IMG/VR virus record: IMGVR_UViG_3300029037_000169
Reading direction: 5' to 3' (one strand)
Length of the DNA: 64,000 nucleotides
Source: a virus
Below the pieces are notes generated by a model. The model was not told where the DNA came from. It was given only the letters and a program-made list of their open reading frames with translations, and did not search any database. Below are positions 27,532 through 36,873 of the stretch, piece by piece. Numbering within the stretch: position 1 is the stretch's first letter; every line of letters starts with the position of its first letter. The position numbers and the translations under genes were made by a program.

Positions 27532-28005
27532 TCACTTTAGTTTATCCTGCAATATTTTCTCAAATATCTTTTTATACTCCCGAGGAGTTTTCTTGCTTTG
27601 ATATAGCGTATAAATCAAATCCAAGTATTCTTTCTCAAACAAACTACATATAAAAGTCAAATCAGGCACATTCAATGATAAGCTATGCGTGGAGGTCTTT
27701 GTATAACCATAATCTGGAACGACCGTACTATCTTCAGGAAATCTGAAGCTTTGAGTAACTCCATTGCCGTCTTTGTATGTGCCTACATCCTTACTGGCAA
27801 GAAACACATAAGATTTAGGGTCATTAGATCCAGAAGGATTTTTCCCATGCACATAATCACTAACCCCAGACCTCTTTTTCGATGTAGTGTATGTGGCTAA
27901 CACACAATCTTGCCCGTCATTATGTAAAATGATCGCATATTTTGGTTTCGTGCATATATTTGACAGCTTAAACGTGCCATATAAAACGTTTCCGGGCTTA
28001 AACAT
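27532..28005 (-). CDS. MazF/PemK-like toxin candidate (CcdB/MazF fold)
   Basis: GNVLYGTF...KPKYAIILHND...VLATYTTSKK parallels MazF GDLIWVDF...RPAVVLS...CVPCTTQSK; 8-nt overlap with upstream Panacea gene. Confidence 0.4.
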   Translation of the reverse strand: MFKPGNVLYGTFKLSNICTKPKYAIILHNDGQDCVLATYTTSKKRSGVSDYVHGKNPSGSNDPKSYVFLASKDVGTYKDGNGVTQSFRFPEDSTVVPDYGYTKTSTHSLSLNVPDLTFICSLFEKEYLDLIYTLYQSKKTPREYKKIFEKILQDKLK

Positions 28006-28591
28006 TATCGCATGACTTTAATTTACTATTAATCATCATAATCTCCATGGCACCATTATAGTTCTCCAGTTTCTCAGGATCATCCGCTATTAGTCTCTTA
28101 AAGTCTAAGCTATAATCTGATACTTTATAATCATTATCGAAAATAATATTATGCTCTTTCTTGGTAATATCCCATAACGATCCCTTTTTATGGGTCAAAT
28201 TCACCAATTCACTAGGCTTTTTATTCCCATATTCTTTTATGACACGATCTATTATGTCCATTTCGTAGTCGCTAAATTTATCATCCGAGAATGACACCTT
28301 CGGCAAAACATAAAAATGATTATCTGATCCTGAACATTTCTCCGCCTTAACATAATCAGAGAACTCCATTCCCCCGCATTTTATATAATATGTATCTGGG
28401 GCTACAGGGCCATATTGCCACGCCTTATAATCAAGCCAAGTGACAGGAACGCCATCATCCTTAACAGCCTCTTCATCTATAAGATATAGAAGCTTAATAA
28501 GCTGAGTATGGTATATTGGAGATATCCTCTCCGACAAATATACCATAAGATTGCCTATTTTATCTTTATTGACTTTTATTCCTAAACACAT
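27998..28591 (-). CDS. Panacea-domain (DUF4065/SocA-like) antitoxin
   Basis: LIKLLYLIDEE...WQYGPV motifs characteristic of DUF4065. Confidence 0.6.
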   Translation of the reverse strand: MCLGIKVNKDKIGNLMVYLSERISPIYHTQLIKLLYLIDEEAVKDDGVPVTWLDYKAWQYGPVAPDTYYIKCGGMEFSDYVKAEKCSGSDNHFYVLPKVSFSDDKFSDYEMDIIDRVIKEYGNKKPSELVNLTHKKGSLWDITKKEHNIIFDNDYKVSDYSLDFKRLIADDPEKLENYNGAMEIMMINSKLKSCDNV

Positions 28592-28753
28592 TTCGATTTA
28601 AATAATTTCCTGTTCAATAAACAAAACCCCGATACGGATTGTTGCGCCGCCGAGGTTTCATTATTATCTTTCATGCCGCAAAGGTCGCATAAAATTTTGT
28701 TATATGAAAATTTTTTCATAGACAAATCACATGCCTTACAACATAACGCACCC

Positions 28754-29050
28754 TCAGACCGTACCGGATAGCTCCTCTTTCACGCTCTCCACCGTTCTTC
28801 TCAGATAGTAACTCCTCCTTATCCTGTCCGGGTACAGGTTTCGCATCCGGTTCACGGCTTGCCTCGTCATTCCCGTCAGATCGGATATGATATTATCGCT
28901 CAACTTGCGATCGGCCAGTATGGTTATAGCCACTCCCCTAGCGTCAACGTTCCTCTCCTTGTTGTTGCTAAACATCATTACCGGATCGGTCCCGCACTCC
29001 TTGCAGACTGCCTCTATCACTTTTTTGTAAAAAATTTCCACCTTATTCAT
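28754..29050 (-). CDS. DnaA C-terminal-domain-like HTH DNA-binding protein
   Basis: RNVDARGVAITILADRKLSDNIISDLTGMTRQAVNRMRN. Confidence 0.4.
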   Translation of the reverse strand: MNKVEIFYKKVIEAVCKECGTDPVMMFSNNKERNVDARGVAITILADRKLSDNIISDLTGMTRQAVNRMRNLYPDRIRRSYYLRRTVESVKEELSGTV

Positions 29051-29254
29051 AAACTTTTTATTTCGTGGTTTGTTTTACTATCAAAGCCGGGCACAAAAAA
29101 TGCACGGCAGAAGAAATAAAGAATCTCTCCCGTCGTGCAGCGATAATTAAAACAAACTTCCGATCCGTTTTAATTTGTGGGGAGATTCTTTCTTTATCTC
29201 CCCGCCAACTCGTCCTCACGGAGTCATTGGATAACACTATGTATCAATATTAAA

Positions 29255-29734
29255 TCACCCTCTCTTATTAATGATCCACCATAACATGGCCGCAATCATT
29301 CCTCCTACCAACAGATACCACCATACCCTAGGATGGATAAGCCTCGTTTCCTTATCCACGTTTATCGTTTCTCTCTCATCGGAGACGACCGTCTTGTTAT
29401 TCGTCCGTACCTCTGTCATATCAGATCCGGTCGAAACGATCTTCTCGCCGGATTCCTCTCGCTCCTTACCTATGGTTATATCTGAGGTCTTGACTGGATA
29501 CTGGTTCCCCACGCTGTCTGGAGAAGACCACTCCACGACCAAGATCCGGGCGCTCAATCTCTCGTTAGATAATATCCGCTCTATGGCCGAAAGGCTGTCT
29601 TTTTTAAAGATACTATCCGATAGACTGACACTTGCAGTGGTATGCCTTTCCGTATCCGTGGATTTCTTGGAGGTTCCACAGGCACAGAAAAGGCATAACA
29701 ATATGACGTACCATATTCTCATAGCAAGTTCCAC
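29255..29734 (-). CDS. putative unimolecular spanin (N-terminal lipoprotein signal + C-terminal TM)
   Basis: ILLCLFCACG signal/lipobox region; C-terminal WWYLLVGGMIAAMLWWII TM; last gene of lysis cluster. Confidence 0.45.
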   Translation of the reverse strand: MELAMRIWYVILLCLFCACGTSKKSTDTERHTTASVSLSDSIFKKDSLSAIERILSNERLSARILVVEWSSPDSVGNQYPVKTSDITIGKEREESGEKIVSTGSDMTEVRTNNKTVVSDERETINVDKETRLIHPRVWWYLLVGGMIAAMLWWIINKRG

Positions 29735-30129
29735 CCAGCTATAACGTCCGACATTTCGGCCTCCCTACCGTTCTCGACCCGACTCATACCAGCGACAATA
29801 CGGATCATCTGCTCACGATCGTTGATATTTACAGGATCGTCAGCCGGTATCCCGGCGTAATCGGACACGGCCTTAATGTAAGCGTCCGTATCGTTCTCGT
29901 TTTCCGGTGCCCAGCGACCGATCATCTTGCGGATCGTGTCCAAATTATAGTTGTTATAGTAGTTACGCAAGATCCGGAATATGGCACGGTAGCCATACGC
30001 CATCGTCTCAAACTGTTTGAACGACTTGTCCTTGCTCGGACGTATCTCACCTTGGAACAAGTCTCCGTTGATCCGGATGTTTCCCGGGTTGTTGTTCCGA
30101 TACCCACGAGGTAAATTATTTTTCCCCAT
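29719..30129 (-). CDS. putative endolysin / cell-wall hydrolase (family not recognised)
   Basis: Sits between holin-like and spanin-like genes with overlaps; RGYRNNNPGNIR motif. Confidence 0.35.
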   Translation of the reverse strand: MGKNNLPRGYRNNNPGNIRINGDLFQGEIRPSKDKSFKQFETMAYGYRAIFRILRNYYNNYNLDTIRKMIGRWAPENENDTDAYIKAVSDYAGIPADDPVNINDREQMIRIVAGMSRVENGREAEMSDVIAGWNLL

Positions 30130-30132
30130 ATT

Positions 30133-30609
30133 TTACTCTCCTTTCTTCTTTTTATTCATGGCATTGGATAAAGCGTTTGTCAAAGCGTCCTCCAAAACCT
30201 TTTGCGTTACAACCTTACCGATCATGTCGGCTGTCTTACTCGCCTGCCTCCTTTGTTTGGCGTCAGCCTTCTCCCAGATAGACCGAACCTCCGTTATCAA
30301 GATAAATACGGTCACTATCGAGGATACGACCGGGACATTGGTCAAGAAAGGCAGATGGATAAATTCCCAGAACCGGCACACGTAGCAAACCGAGTCTATC
30401 CCGCACGCTATACATACGCTACCAGCGTAAAGTATGAACTTACTGACCGTCCTACGCATGCCATACGAATTACGCTCCTCGCCCCTCAATTTAGCCTTGT
30501 AATAACCCGAGGCGAAATCCCACCCCATCGCCACCATAACGATGAACATCTCAAACACGACTACAGTCAGTAGCTCCCTCATACTGCAAATCATTTTAAA
30601 AAATTCCAT
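30133..30609 (-). CDS. holin-like protein (3 TM + charged C-terminus)
   Basis: Three hydrophobic helices then K/R/D-rich tail. Confidence 0.5.
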   Translation of the reverse strand: MEFFKMICSMRELLTVVVFEMFIVMVAMGWDFASGYYKAKLRGEERNSYGMRRTVSKFILYAGSVCIACGIDSVCYVCRFWEFIHLPFLTNVPVVSSIVTVFILITEVRSIWEKADAKQRRQASKTADMIGKVVTQKVLEDALTNALSNAMNKKKKGE

Positions 30610-30634
30610 TCTTCCGATCCTTTTTTTTATTTAG

Positions 30635-31027
30635 TTATAAAACCACTATGCTCTCCTCCTCTCTCGCCGCCTCCCACTCGGCGAAATCGCTATCCACACG
30701 GTCTTTCAACGCCTTCCTCTCGTTAAGGAACGTCTTATAAGACTCCACGTATGACAAGTCCAATATGCCTAGCTGGGCGGCGTTGTAGTCGTTCAGCTTC
30801 TTTTGCTCCACGTCCTTGTCCCATAGGGCGTTGATACAGGCCTCCAATATCTTGTTGGCAGTTAACGTGGCCCATATCCTGACCTCGTTGTAACTATAGG
30901 AGATCACGGGGGCCATATCGTCACCCATCTCCCTTGTCTCCTCTCTAACGTCCCACCGGTACAGGTAGGAACCGTCACCGTCCCGCTCTATTTTAGGCGG
31001 CATTGTGTCGCTCCATGATCGCTTCAT
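30635..31027 (-). CDS. hypothetical protein downstream of RT
   Basis: ORF overlapping RT start. Confidence 0.4.
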   Translation of the reverse strand: MKRSWSDTMPPKIERDGDGSYLYRWDVREETREMGDDMAPVISYSYNEVRIWATLTANKILEACINALWDKDVEQKKLNDYNAAQLGILDLSYVESYKTFLNERKALKDRVDSDFAEWEAAREEESIVVL

Positions 31028-32054
31028 AAAACTCTGGTTTTAAAATTTTCTTAGCTAAATGCTTGCTATCGCTATCATATATCCAGCCCAGCCAACCGGC
31101 TAGACCTGCCTTGTATTCCGTTAAGGATATATTCGGGACTTTATTCAATCTAGCCGCCGCACGACATAGATTTTGCTTAGTCCTCTTCCTTATCCGTATA
31201 TGCTCCTTATAGAAAACGAACCCCACGAAATCTATACCACGGCCGCTTTTATCCGATCTTCTCTCAGCGATCTTAAATATCTGGTAATTCCCTTTCAGCT
31301 CCAACTTCAACACGGTCAACCTATCGATAAGCCACGGAAGCAATACGTTTCTCAAGAAACACTTATCATGATGGAAAAAAGTCATGTCATCCGCATATCT
31401 GATATAATGCTTTATATCTATAATCTCCTTTATCTCGTGATCCAGATAGGCGAGATAAAGATTCGCAAGATATTGGCTAAGATAATTCCCGATCGGAACG
31501 CCGGGAGCGGAATCGATGATCTCATCCAACAACATAAGCAAGCGATCGTCCTTGATCTTCTTCCGAGCTATGCCTTTCAACACTTCATGGTCTATTGACG
31601 GATAGAATTTGCGGATATCAACCTTGAGGCAATAGGCGGATTCACGATCGGACAAAGCCCGTCTTGTCCTTTTATACGCCTCCGTTATCCCTCTTCCCTT
31701 GATACATGATGTCGTGTCAGAAGTGAATATGGAAACCCATATAGGTTCCATGACGTTCATTATAGCATGATGCAATATCCTGTCCGGGTAATAAGGAAGC
31801 TTGAATATGACCCTTTCTTTAGGCTCATAGATGATATCAGTCCGGTACTTGGAAGTCTTGAACGTGCCATCCTGCAAAGACTTTAGCAAACGGCTGAGAT
31901 TACCTTCTTTGTCCTTGTCAAACAACCTTATGCCGTAGGAATCCTTCTTCCCCCTCCGAGCCTTGATGTCTGCCAGTATCAAGTTATCCATATTCGCTAT
32001 CTTATCAAATAAATTTCCTATTCTCTTCATTGTCATCAATTTGCTTTTTATCAT
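30993..32054 (-). CDS. diversity-generating retroelement (DGR) reverse transcriptase
   Basis: YADD catalytic box (IRYADDMTFF); DGR-specific IGNYLSQ in place of QGxxxSP; ~350 aa; adjacent TR. Confidence 0.85.
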   Translation of the reverse strand: MIKSKLMTMKRIGNLFDKIANMDNLILADIKARRGKKDSYGIRLFDKDKEGNLSRLLKSLQDGTFKTSKYRTDIIYEPKERVIFKLPYYPDRILHHAIMNVMEPIWVSIFTSDTTSCIKGRGITEAYKRTRRALSDRESAYCLKVDIRKFYPSIDHEVLKGIARKKIKDDRLLMLLDEIIDSAPGVPIGNYLSQYLANLYLAYLDHEIKEIIDIKHYIRYADDMTFFHHDKCFLRNVLLPWLIDRLTVLKLELKGNYQIFKIAERRSDKSGRGIDFVGFVFYKEHIRIRKRTKQNLCRAAARLNKVPNISLTEYKAGLAGWLGWIYDSDSKHLAKKILKPEFYEAIMERHNAA

Positions 32055-32161
32055 AGGGAGTCTTCGGTTCCCCTACCAACACCCTTTATATGGGGAGACT
32101 TTTTTCGCCAAGAGGCGAGGCCACCATCCCTGTTTGTTCCCTAAATATCTTTCCCCTTTCT

Positions 32162-32278
32162 TAAAAGTATAGGCGTGAACCGATGTTACGATTCGCATCG
32201 GAAGGCGCATTATTCGTATTCACGTTAGCGAGGCCTGCATTCGACCTGTTGTCCGCGTTACCGCCAACCAGCACCACC
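32162..32278 (-). repeat. DGR template repeat (TR)
   Basis: 117-bp homology to VR 32727..32843; every mismatch (~18) is at a TR plus-strand T, i.e. an A on the coding minus strand. Confidence 0.85.
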
Positions 32279-32302
32279 TAGGGATGATCGACCCTTATTC
32301 CG

Positions 32303-32644
32303 TTATTCGAGATAATACCTGTTCCCGGAGGCTCGCATCGTCACTTTCCTCGGGAACTTGTCCATCTCCTTTATCTTTCCAAGCACGTACTTGATCTCTT
32401 GGGAATTCGTAAAGAATTTCTTGGCATCACTGTCCTTGTCCTCGATATTGTTCTTGATCATAACGAGTGCCCGGTCCTTCCCAAACTTGGTGGACACGCC
32501 GTCCATGTAATCAATGACCCAGAACGTGAGGTTCGTCAACTTCTGTTGGGTGATCTCCGGACAATTAAAATGCCTTGAGTTCTTATCCCTTGGGATGTTC
32601 AAGAATGACAAGCTGCCATCGTCTTTATTCTTATTTTCTTCCAT
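32303..32644 (-). CDS. DGR accessory variability determinant (Avd) candidate
   Basis: 113-aa ORF positioned between target gene and TR, the canonical avd slot. Confidence 0.45.
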   Translation of the reverse strand: MEENKNKDDGSLSFLNIPRDKNSRHFNCPEITQQKLTNLTFWVIDYMDGVSTKFGKDRALVMIKNNIEDKDSDAKKFFTNSQEIKYVLGKIKEMDKFPRKVTMRASGNRYYLE

Positions 32645-32697
32645 TTCATATTGTTATTTAATTGTTATACAAAATATTTCCGACGTGATACGTGCGG

Positions 32698-35600
32698 CTA
32701 CGCCGACGTTTTACGAAATTCGGGGAAAAAGCAAAGGCGCGAACCGAAGTGACGAAACGCAGCGGAAGGCGCATTATTCGTACCCACGTGAGCGAGGCCC
32801 GCAGCCGACCCGTCGTCCGCGCCACCGCCAACCAGCACCACCTGTAAGCGGTTGGCTTGCGTATAGGTGTAGTAATAGTCGCACCAGTAGGTAGAGCTAC
32901 TACCGCCGACCTCCGTAGCCACGATATCCCCATCTTCCCCAAGTAACATCTTCTTGGCATAACCATTGGTACGGCAGATGTTACCTTTCTTGTCATAACC
33001 TGTGTAAGATGTATCGCTGAAGTTTGACGGGTCATCGGTAGTCCATAGGATAGACAATCCGGAATCACCCGTGGTGACTTGTATGTTGGCCCCATCGGTG
33101 TATTTCCAGATATGGCCGAACGGGTTCTCTATGCCACGGTACCTGTTAGCCATCAACGTGGCGTGAGTACCACCGGAGGCGTTCTTCACGACATACGCCT
33201 TCTCTCCCGAGCCGTTCCCGAACTCGTTGGTATAGCCGCATGGGATAAGAGGATTGGCGTTGTTGAAGTTCGTCCAATCCGTCATTTGCGTCGGTCCCGG
33301 ACCTAGGCCGCCTTGGGCGAAACCGTTAGCGTCCTTCTGGGCGTTGAAAGGTTTCTGGCTGTCCAGCGTGGCGTACTCGACGGCGAATAACCAGAACAGG
33401 ATCTTGTGGGCGTTATAGGTGTACATTTCCCAGCCGCTGCCACGTTTCCTAGCGGCTTGCCGGAATTGGTCTCGGGTGAGGTTGGTGACGGGGCGGCCGA
33501 GTAGGGAACGGTAGGTATCATCCCATTCAGCGGTGTTGTCACCACCTCTAAAATTAGTTGAATTAGGATCACTTAATTTACTAGCTCCAGCCGCCGAACA
33601 TAATAAATTATCGGTTCTATACATTCTGGCTTCATATGTTGAGATATAGAACTTATCTACATGTTTATACCCAGGTAATGGAATTTCGGACAACATCTTC
33701 CTAAATTTAGTGCCATTAAAATACAATTTATACCAATGTTCAGGTATCTCTGTCATAACGGCATAATCCAAATAGCTTCCACCCCATGAAAGCTCATTAT
33801 CCAAATATTCTTTAACTCCACCATCTCTATCCAAAAGACACCTTCTCATCTTACTCTGCACCGGCAACTCCCGATGTAGTTGCATATTACCCACACGCTT
33901 CCCGTCCGGGCTTGACGATGCCATGTCCCACTCTACACCGTAGGCGTACCGCTCCTCTATATCCGGGATGTCCTCCCAAGCGGGGGTCCACTCGGTGGAG
34001 ATGTCACCATATTCAAGTTTAATCTTATGGATGGTGGAAGTTGATGTGCCAGTTTTAGGAGAACTAAATACAACCATATGTGTATTATCAGCTACTGCAT
34101 CTCCGATATTAGTAATCCATTTAAAAGTCTTACTGGCCTTCCCATTCACAAAGTCAGCCTTACTGAACTGAGCCATAGAACCTACTGCACCAGTAGAGTT
34201 ATATATAGTGAACATTTCCTTATCATCACCCAATTCTCCAAAAATAGTCAATGTTACTTGTGTTCCTTTAGATATCGGTTCAGTTAGCCAATAATCAGCG
34301 ATATTGTAATTCGAGTTACTCACCTCCTTCCCTGATCCCAGCAACAGGTTCCTGCCGTACACGGGCAGCTTGCGGTACTTGCCATCAGCCATCAGAGACT
34401 TATCCTTGTCCCCCTTGGTCTCCAGCGTTATCGACACGTCCGGATCTTCGTTTTGGGCCTTGTCCGGCGTTATGGTTATCTGGCCGTTAGACGGGGTGGA
34501 TGTGACAACGGGCTTTAACTTATTAACGTCCGTCCTTAGACCGGTGACCAGATTCCGGATATCCGTATCGTCGTAATTATCCAATCCATCCAACTTACCC
34601 TTATCTTCGTCAGTATAATTATTGTCCGTATGGACGTAATTAGCGTCCTTTACGATGTGATCGTCATTTGTTAATTGGGATGTCTTGGTTGGGATCAAAG
34701 CCGTTATCTCCGCACGCAAGTCATTGAGAAGACCGGTTAGGGTTTCCTTATCAGTAATACCCTGCAAAAAAAGCTCGATCTCATGGAAGGTATCTATAGC
34801 GTCGCTCGCTCCATCACCCAATAACGTGTCGATATCCGCCTTGATAGAGGCGATCTCACTCCTGACCCATTCATCATCATAGTTGGATAAGCCGTTGATC
34901 TTAGATAACAGCTCATCCGTAAGGTCGTTTGTGCTAAGTCCCTTCCCTTTGATCTTCTCGACAAACCTATCGTCAATCTGTCCGGACGTGTAATAACCTG
35001 ACAAGATACTCGTGACCTCCGCAAGTATTTGTTTTTTCAAATCCAGCAACACTCCGGCCATATCCTTATCCTCTGTCATACCGGACAAGAACTCCACCAC
35101 CTCCTGCCATCTGTTGATGATATTGTCCGCGTCCGGATCTCCCGTTATAAACGTGGACAGATCGGAAGCAACTTTCCTTATGGCCGTGTCAAGATCCCCC
35201 TCTACCTCCTTCGCCCTGCTGATCTCGGAGGTTAAAGCCTCTCTTAACGCCGTGTCATCGTAATTACTCAATCCGTCGAGCTTTTTCAAAAGAGCGTCCG
35301 TCAAGTTGTTATCCGTATGCGTGTAATCGGCATCGGTTACGATATTATCCGGGAGAATGGGTATCCCTAACTCCTCTAGGGACTTATCCCCGACCAACTC
35401 AACCCCGTTGATCCGTGGTTTATTGGTCATACTTTCATAATCTCCGGTCCCTACGGCAGGAACGGAGATATCTCCCGTTAGCCTTACCGTTGTCACCTTG
35501 ACGCTGCCACATCCCGTATCTCCACCTACGGAGCACGACCGTGGGATAAGACGGAACGCATCGCAAGCGTCTACGGTGTACATGCCCTCCTTCCCTTTGT

Positions 35601-35823
35601 TCTCGATAAGAGTCAGCGTATAGACACCGTTATAATCTTGGTCTTTGCCTAGGTAGGTGAATCGTATCACGTTATCCCGGAAGTGGAGGTCTTTTACCTC
35701 CATCTTCCTGTAACCATTGGTCATGAAGACGCTAATGTTCTTGCCATCCAAAGACTCGGGCTTACCGTCCCGGAAGATGGTCCATTCTATATTGATGTCG
35801 TTTCCTATGCGAATAGCTTCCAT
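32698..35823 (-). CDS. DGR target: tail fibre / receptor-binding protein with C-terminal variable region
   Basis: 1041 aa, fibre-like, VR at C-terminus, sits in tail-fibre cluster. Confidence 0.75.
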   Translation of the reverse strand: MEAIRIGNDINIEWTIFRDGKPESLDGKNISVFMTNGYRKMEVKDLHFRDNVIRFTYLGKDQDYNGVYTLTLIENKGKEGMYTVDACDAFRLIPRSCSVGGDTGCGSVKVTTVRLTGDISVPAVGTGDYESMTNKPRINGVELVGDKSLEELGIPILPDNIVTDADYTHTDNNLTDALLKKLDGLSNYDDTALREALTSEISRAKEVEGDLDTAIRKVASDLSTFITGDPDADNIINRWQEVVEFLSGMTEDKDMAGVLLDLKKQILAEVTSILSGYYTSGQIDDRFVEKIKGKGLSTNDLTDELLSKINGLSNYDDEWVRSEIASIKADIDTLLGDGASDAIDTFHEIELFLQGITDKETLTGLLNDLRAEITALIPTKTSQLTNDDHIVKDANYVHTDNNYTDEDKGKLDGLDNYDDTDIRNLVTGLRTDVNKLKPVVTSTPSNGQITITPDKAQNEDPDVSITLETKGDKDKSLMADGKYRKLPVYGRNLLLGSGKEVSNSNYNIADYWLTEPISKGTQVTLTIFGELGDDKEMFTIYNSTGAVGSMAQFSKADFVNGKASKTFKWITNIGDAVADNTHMVVFSSPKTGTSTSTIHKIKLEYGDISTEWTPAWEDIPDIEERYAYGVEWDMASSSPDGKRVGNMQLHRELPVQSKMRRCLLDRDGGVKEYLDNELSWGGSYLDYAVMTEIPEHWYKLYFNGTKFRKMLSEIPLPGYKHVDKFYISTYEARMYRTDNLLCSAAGASKLSDPNSTNFRGGDNTAEWDDTYRSLLGRPVTNLTRDQFRQAARKRGSGWEMYTYNAHKILFWLFAVEYATLDSQKPFNAQKDANGFAQGGLGPGPTQMTDWTNFNNANPLIPCGYTNEFGNGSGEKAYVVKNASGGTHATLMANRYRGIENPFGHIWKYTDGANIQVTTGDSGLSILWTTDDPSNFSDTSYTGYDKKGNICRTNGYAKKMLLGEDGDIVATEVGGSSSTYWCDYYYTYTQANRLQVVLVGGGADDGSAAGLAHVGTNNAPSAAFRHFGSRLCFFPEFRKTSA
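32727..32843 (-). repeat. DGR variable repeat (VR) at 3' end of target gene
   Basis: See TR; lies within last ~48 codons of 32698..35823. Confidence 0.85.
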
Positions 35824-35824
35824 A

Positions 35825-36865
35825 TTATTGAAGGGTGAAGGGGTCTATTATTTTAAAAGATTCTCCATCTCCATTGGACACAATAATCTTTCCTTGGCAA
35901 CTCTCGGAGATTTGAAAGACATAGTCTGATCCAGCTTTAAAAGATCCTAATACCGTACATCCTTTAAGAGAACCTGAAATTTGGAGTCTAGCCTGTCCTT
36001 CGATGTTAAATAGGTTATTAGTCACCATTAAATTTGCGCCATTCAATAATATATCTACATAATTATTTACCGTATTACCGCTAACTTCCATAGCGACATC
36101 ATCTATATTAAGTCCATATCTCATATCATTAGTATCTATTTTTGAGTTAACGGTTCCTTTAACAGCTATGAAAAAAGACTTATTTGAGCTATTTTTCTTT
36201 ATCCTGGCAGAACCTATCGATGGTTTTGCCACACTAAGGACATACACAGCAGTATTGGTTATACTATCAAGAATATATATTTCATTATTCATTGCCTTGC
36301 CATCCAAGGAAGCGTCCATAACCGAATCCTCGCTAATGCCATTATATGAATTTAAAAAAGTAAAAGTAAAAAACGGTACAGGACCATTTGTCACCTTTTT
36401 AAAAATATTTGAGTCTATTTTCCATTTTATGTTCTTAAAATCAAAATCAGCCTCATTTCCATATTCGTCTATAAGCCTATAAATATATCCTTTCCCACTC
36501 TCATGAGCGATTGGATACGATTTAGTATCATTATTGATATCATACCATATTTCCCAAGATCCTAGGTCTGATCCGGCGAAGTAATCATCACCTTCACGCA
36601 TTATGGCAGATGCTTTACGTTCTAGTTTATTGGAAGATTTAGCCGTGACGATAATGTCAAAAGGTTTCTCCGCTGAAACAGCCTTGTATTTATCATTTAC
36701 TTTAGTTACATAATCTGTGATCCTGTACTTGTTCCCTGCGACAAGAGAGCTTGCCTGAATCAAAGATACTATCTCCTGATAGGTTACAGAAATCATTGTT
36801 GAGCCGCCAGAACCAGCCAAATCATATTCTTGCCCATTTACATTTATTTTTCTGATTGTTCCCAT
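35825..36865 (-). CDS. tail fibre-associated protein
   Basis: Position and size; beta-rich. Confidence 0.45.
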   Translation of the reverse strand: MGTIRKINVNGQEYDLAGSGGSTMISVTYQEIVSLIQASSLVAGNKYRITDYVTKVNDKYKAVSAEKPFDIIVTAKSSNKLERKASAIMREGDDYFAGSDLGSWEIWYDINNDTKSYPIAHESGKGYIYRLIDEYGNEADFDFKNIKWKIDSNIFKKVTNGPVPFFTFTFLNSYNGISEDSVMDASLDGKAMNNEIYILDSITNTAVYVLSVAKPSIGSARIKKNSSNKSFFIAVKGTVNSKIDTNDMRYGLNIDDVAMEVSGNTVNNYVDILLNGANLMVTNNLFNIEGQARLQISGSLKGCTVLGSFKAGSDYVFQISESCQGKIIVSNGDGESFKIIDPFTLQ

Positions 36866-36873
36866 ATTTTTAT

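Noticed and set aside
30993-32054. Group II intron or retron reverse transcriptase
   Set aside because: It has no maturase or X domain and no msr/msd-like repeats; the IGNYLSQ motif and the adjacent TR/VR pair with A-specific changes mark it as a DGR RT.
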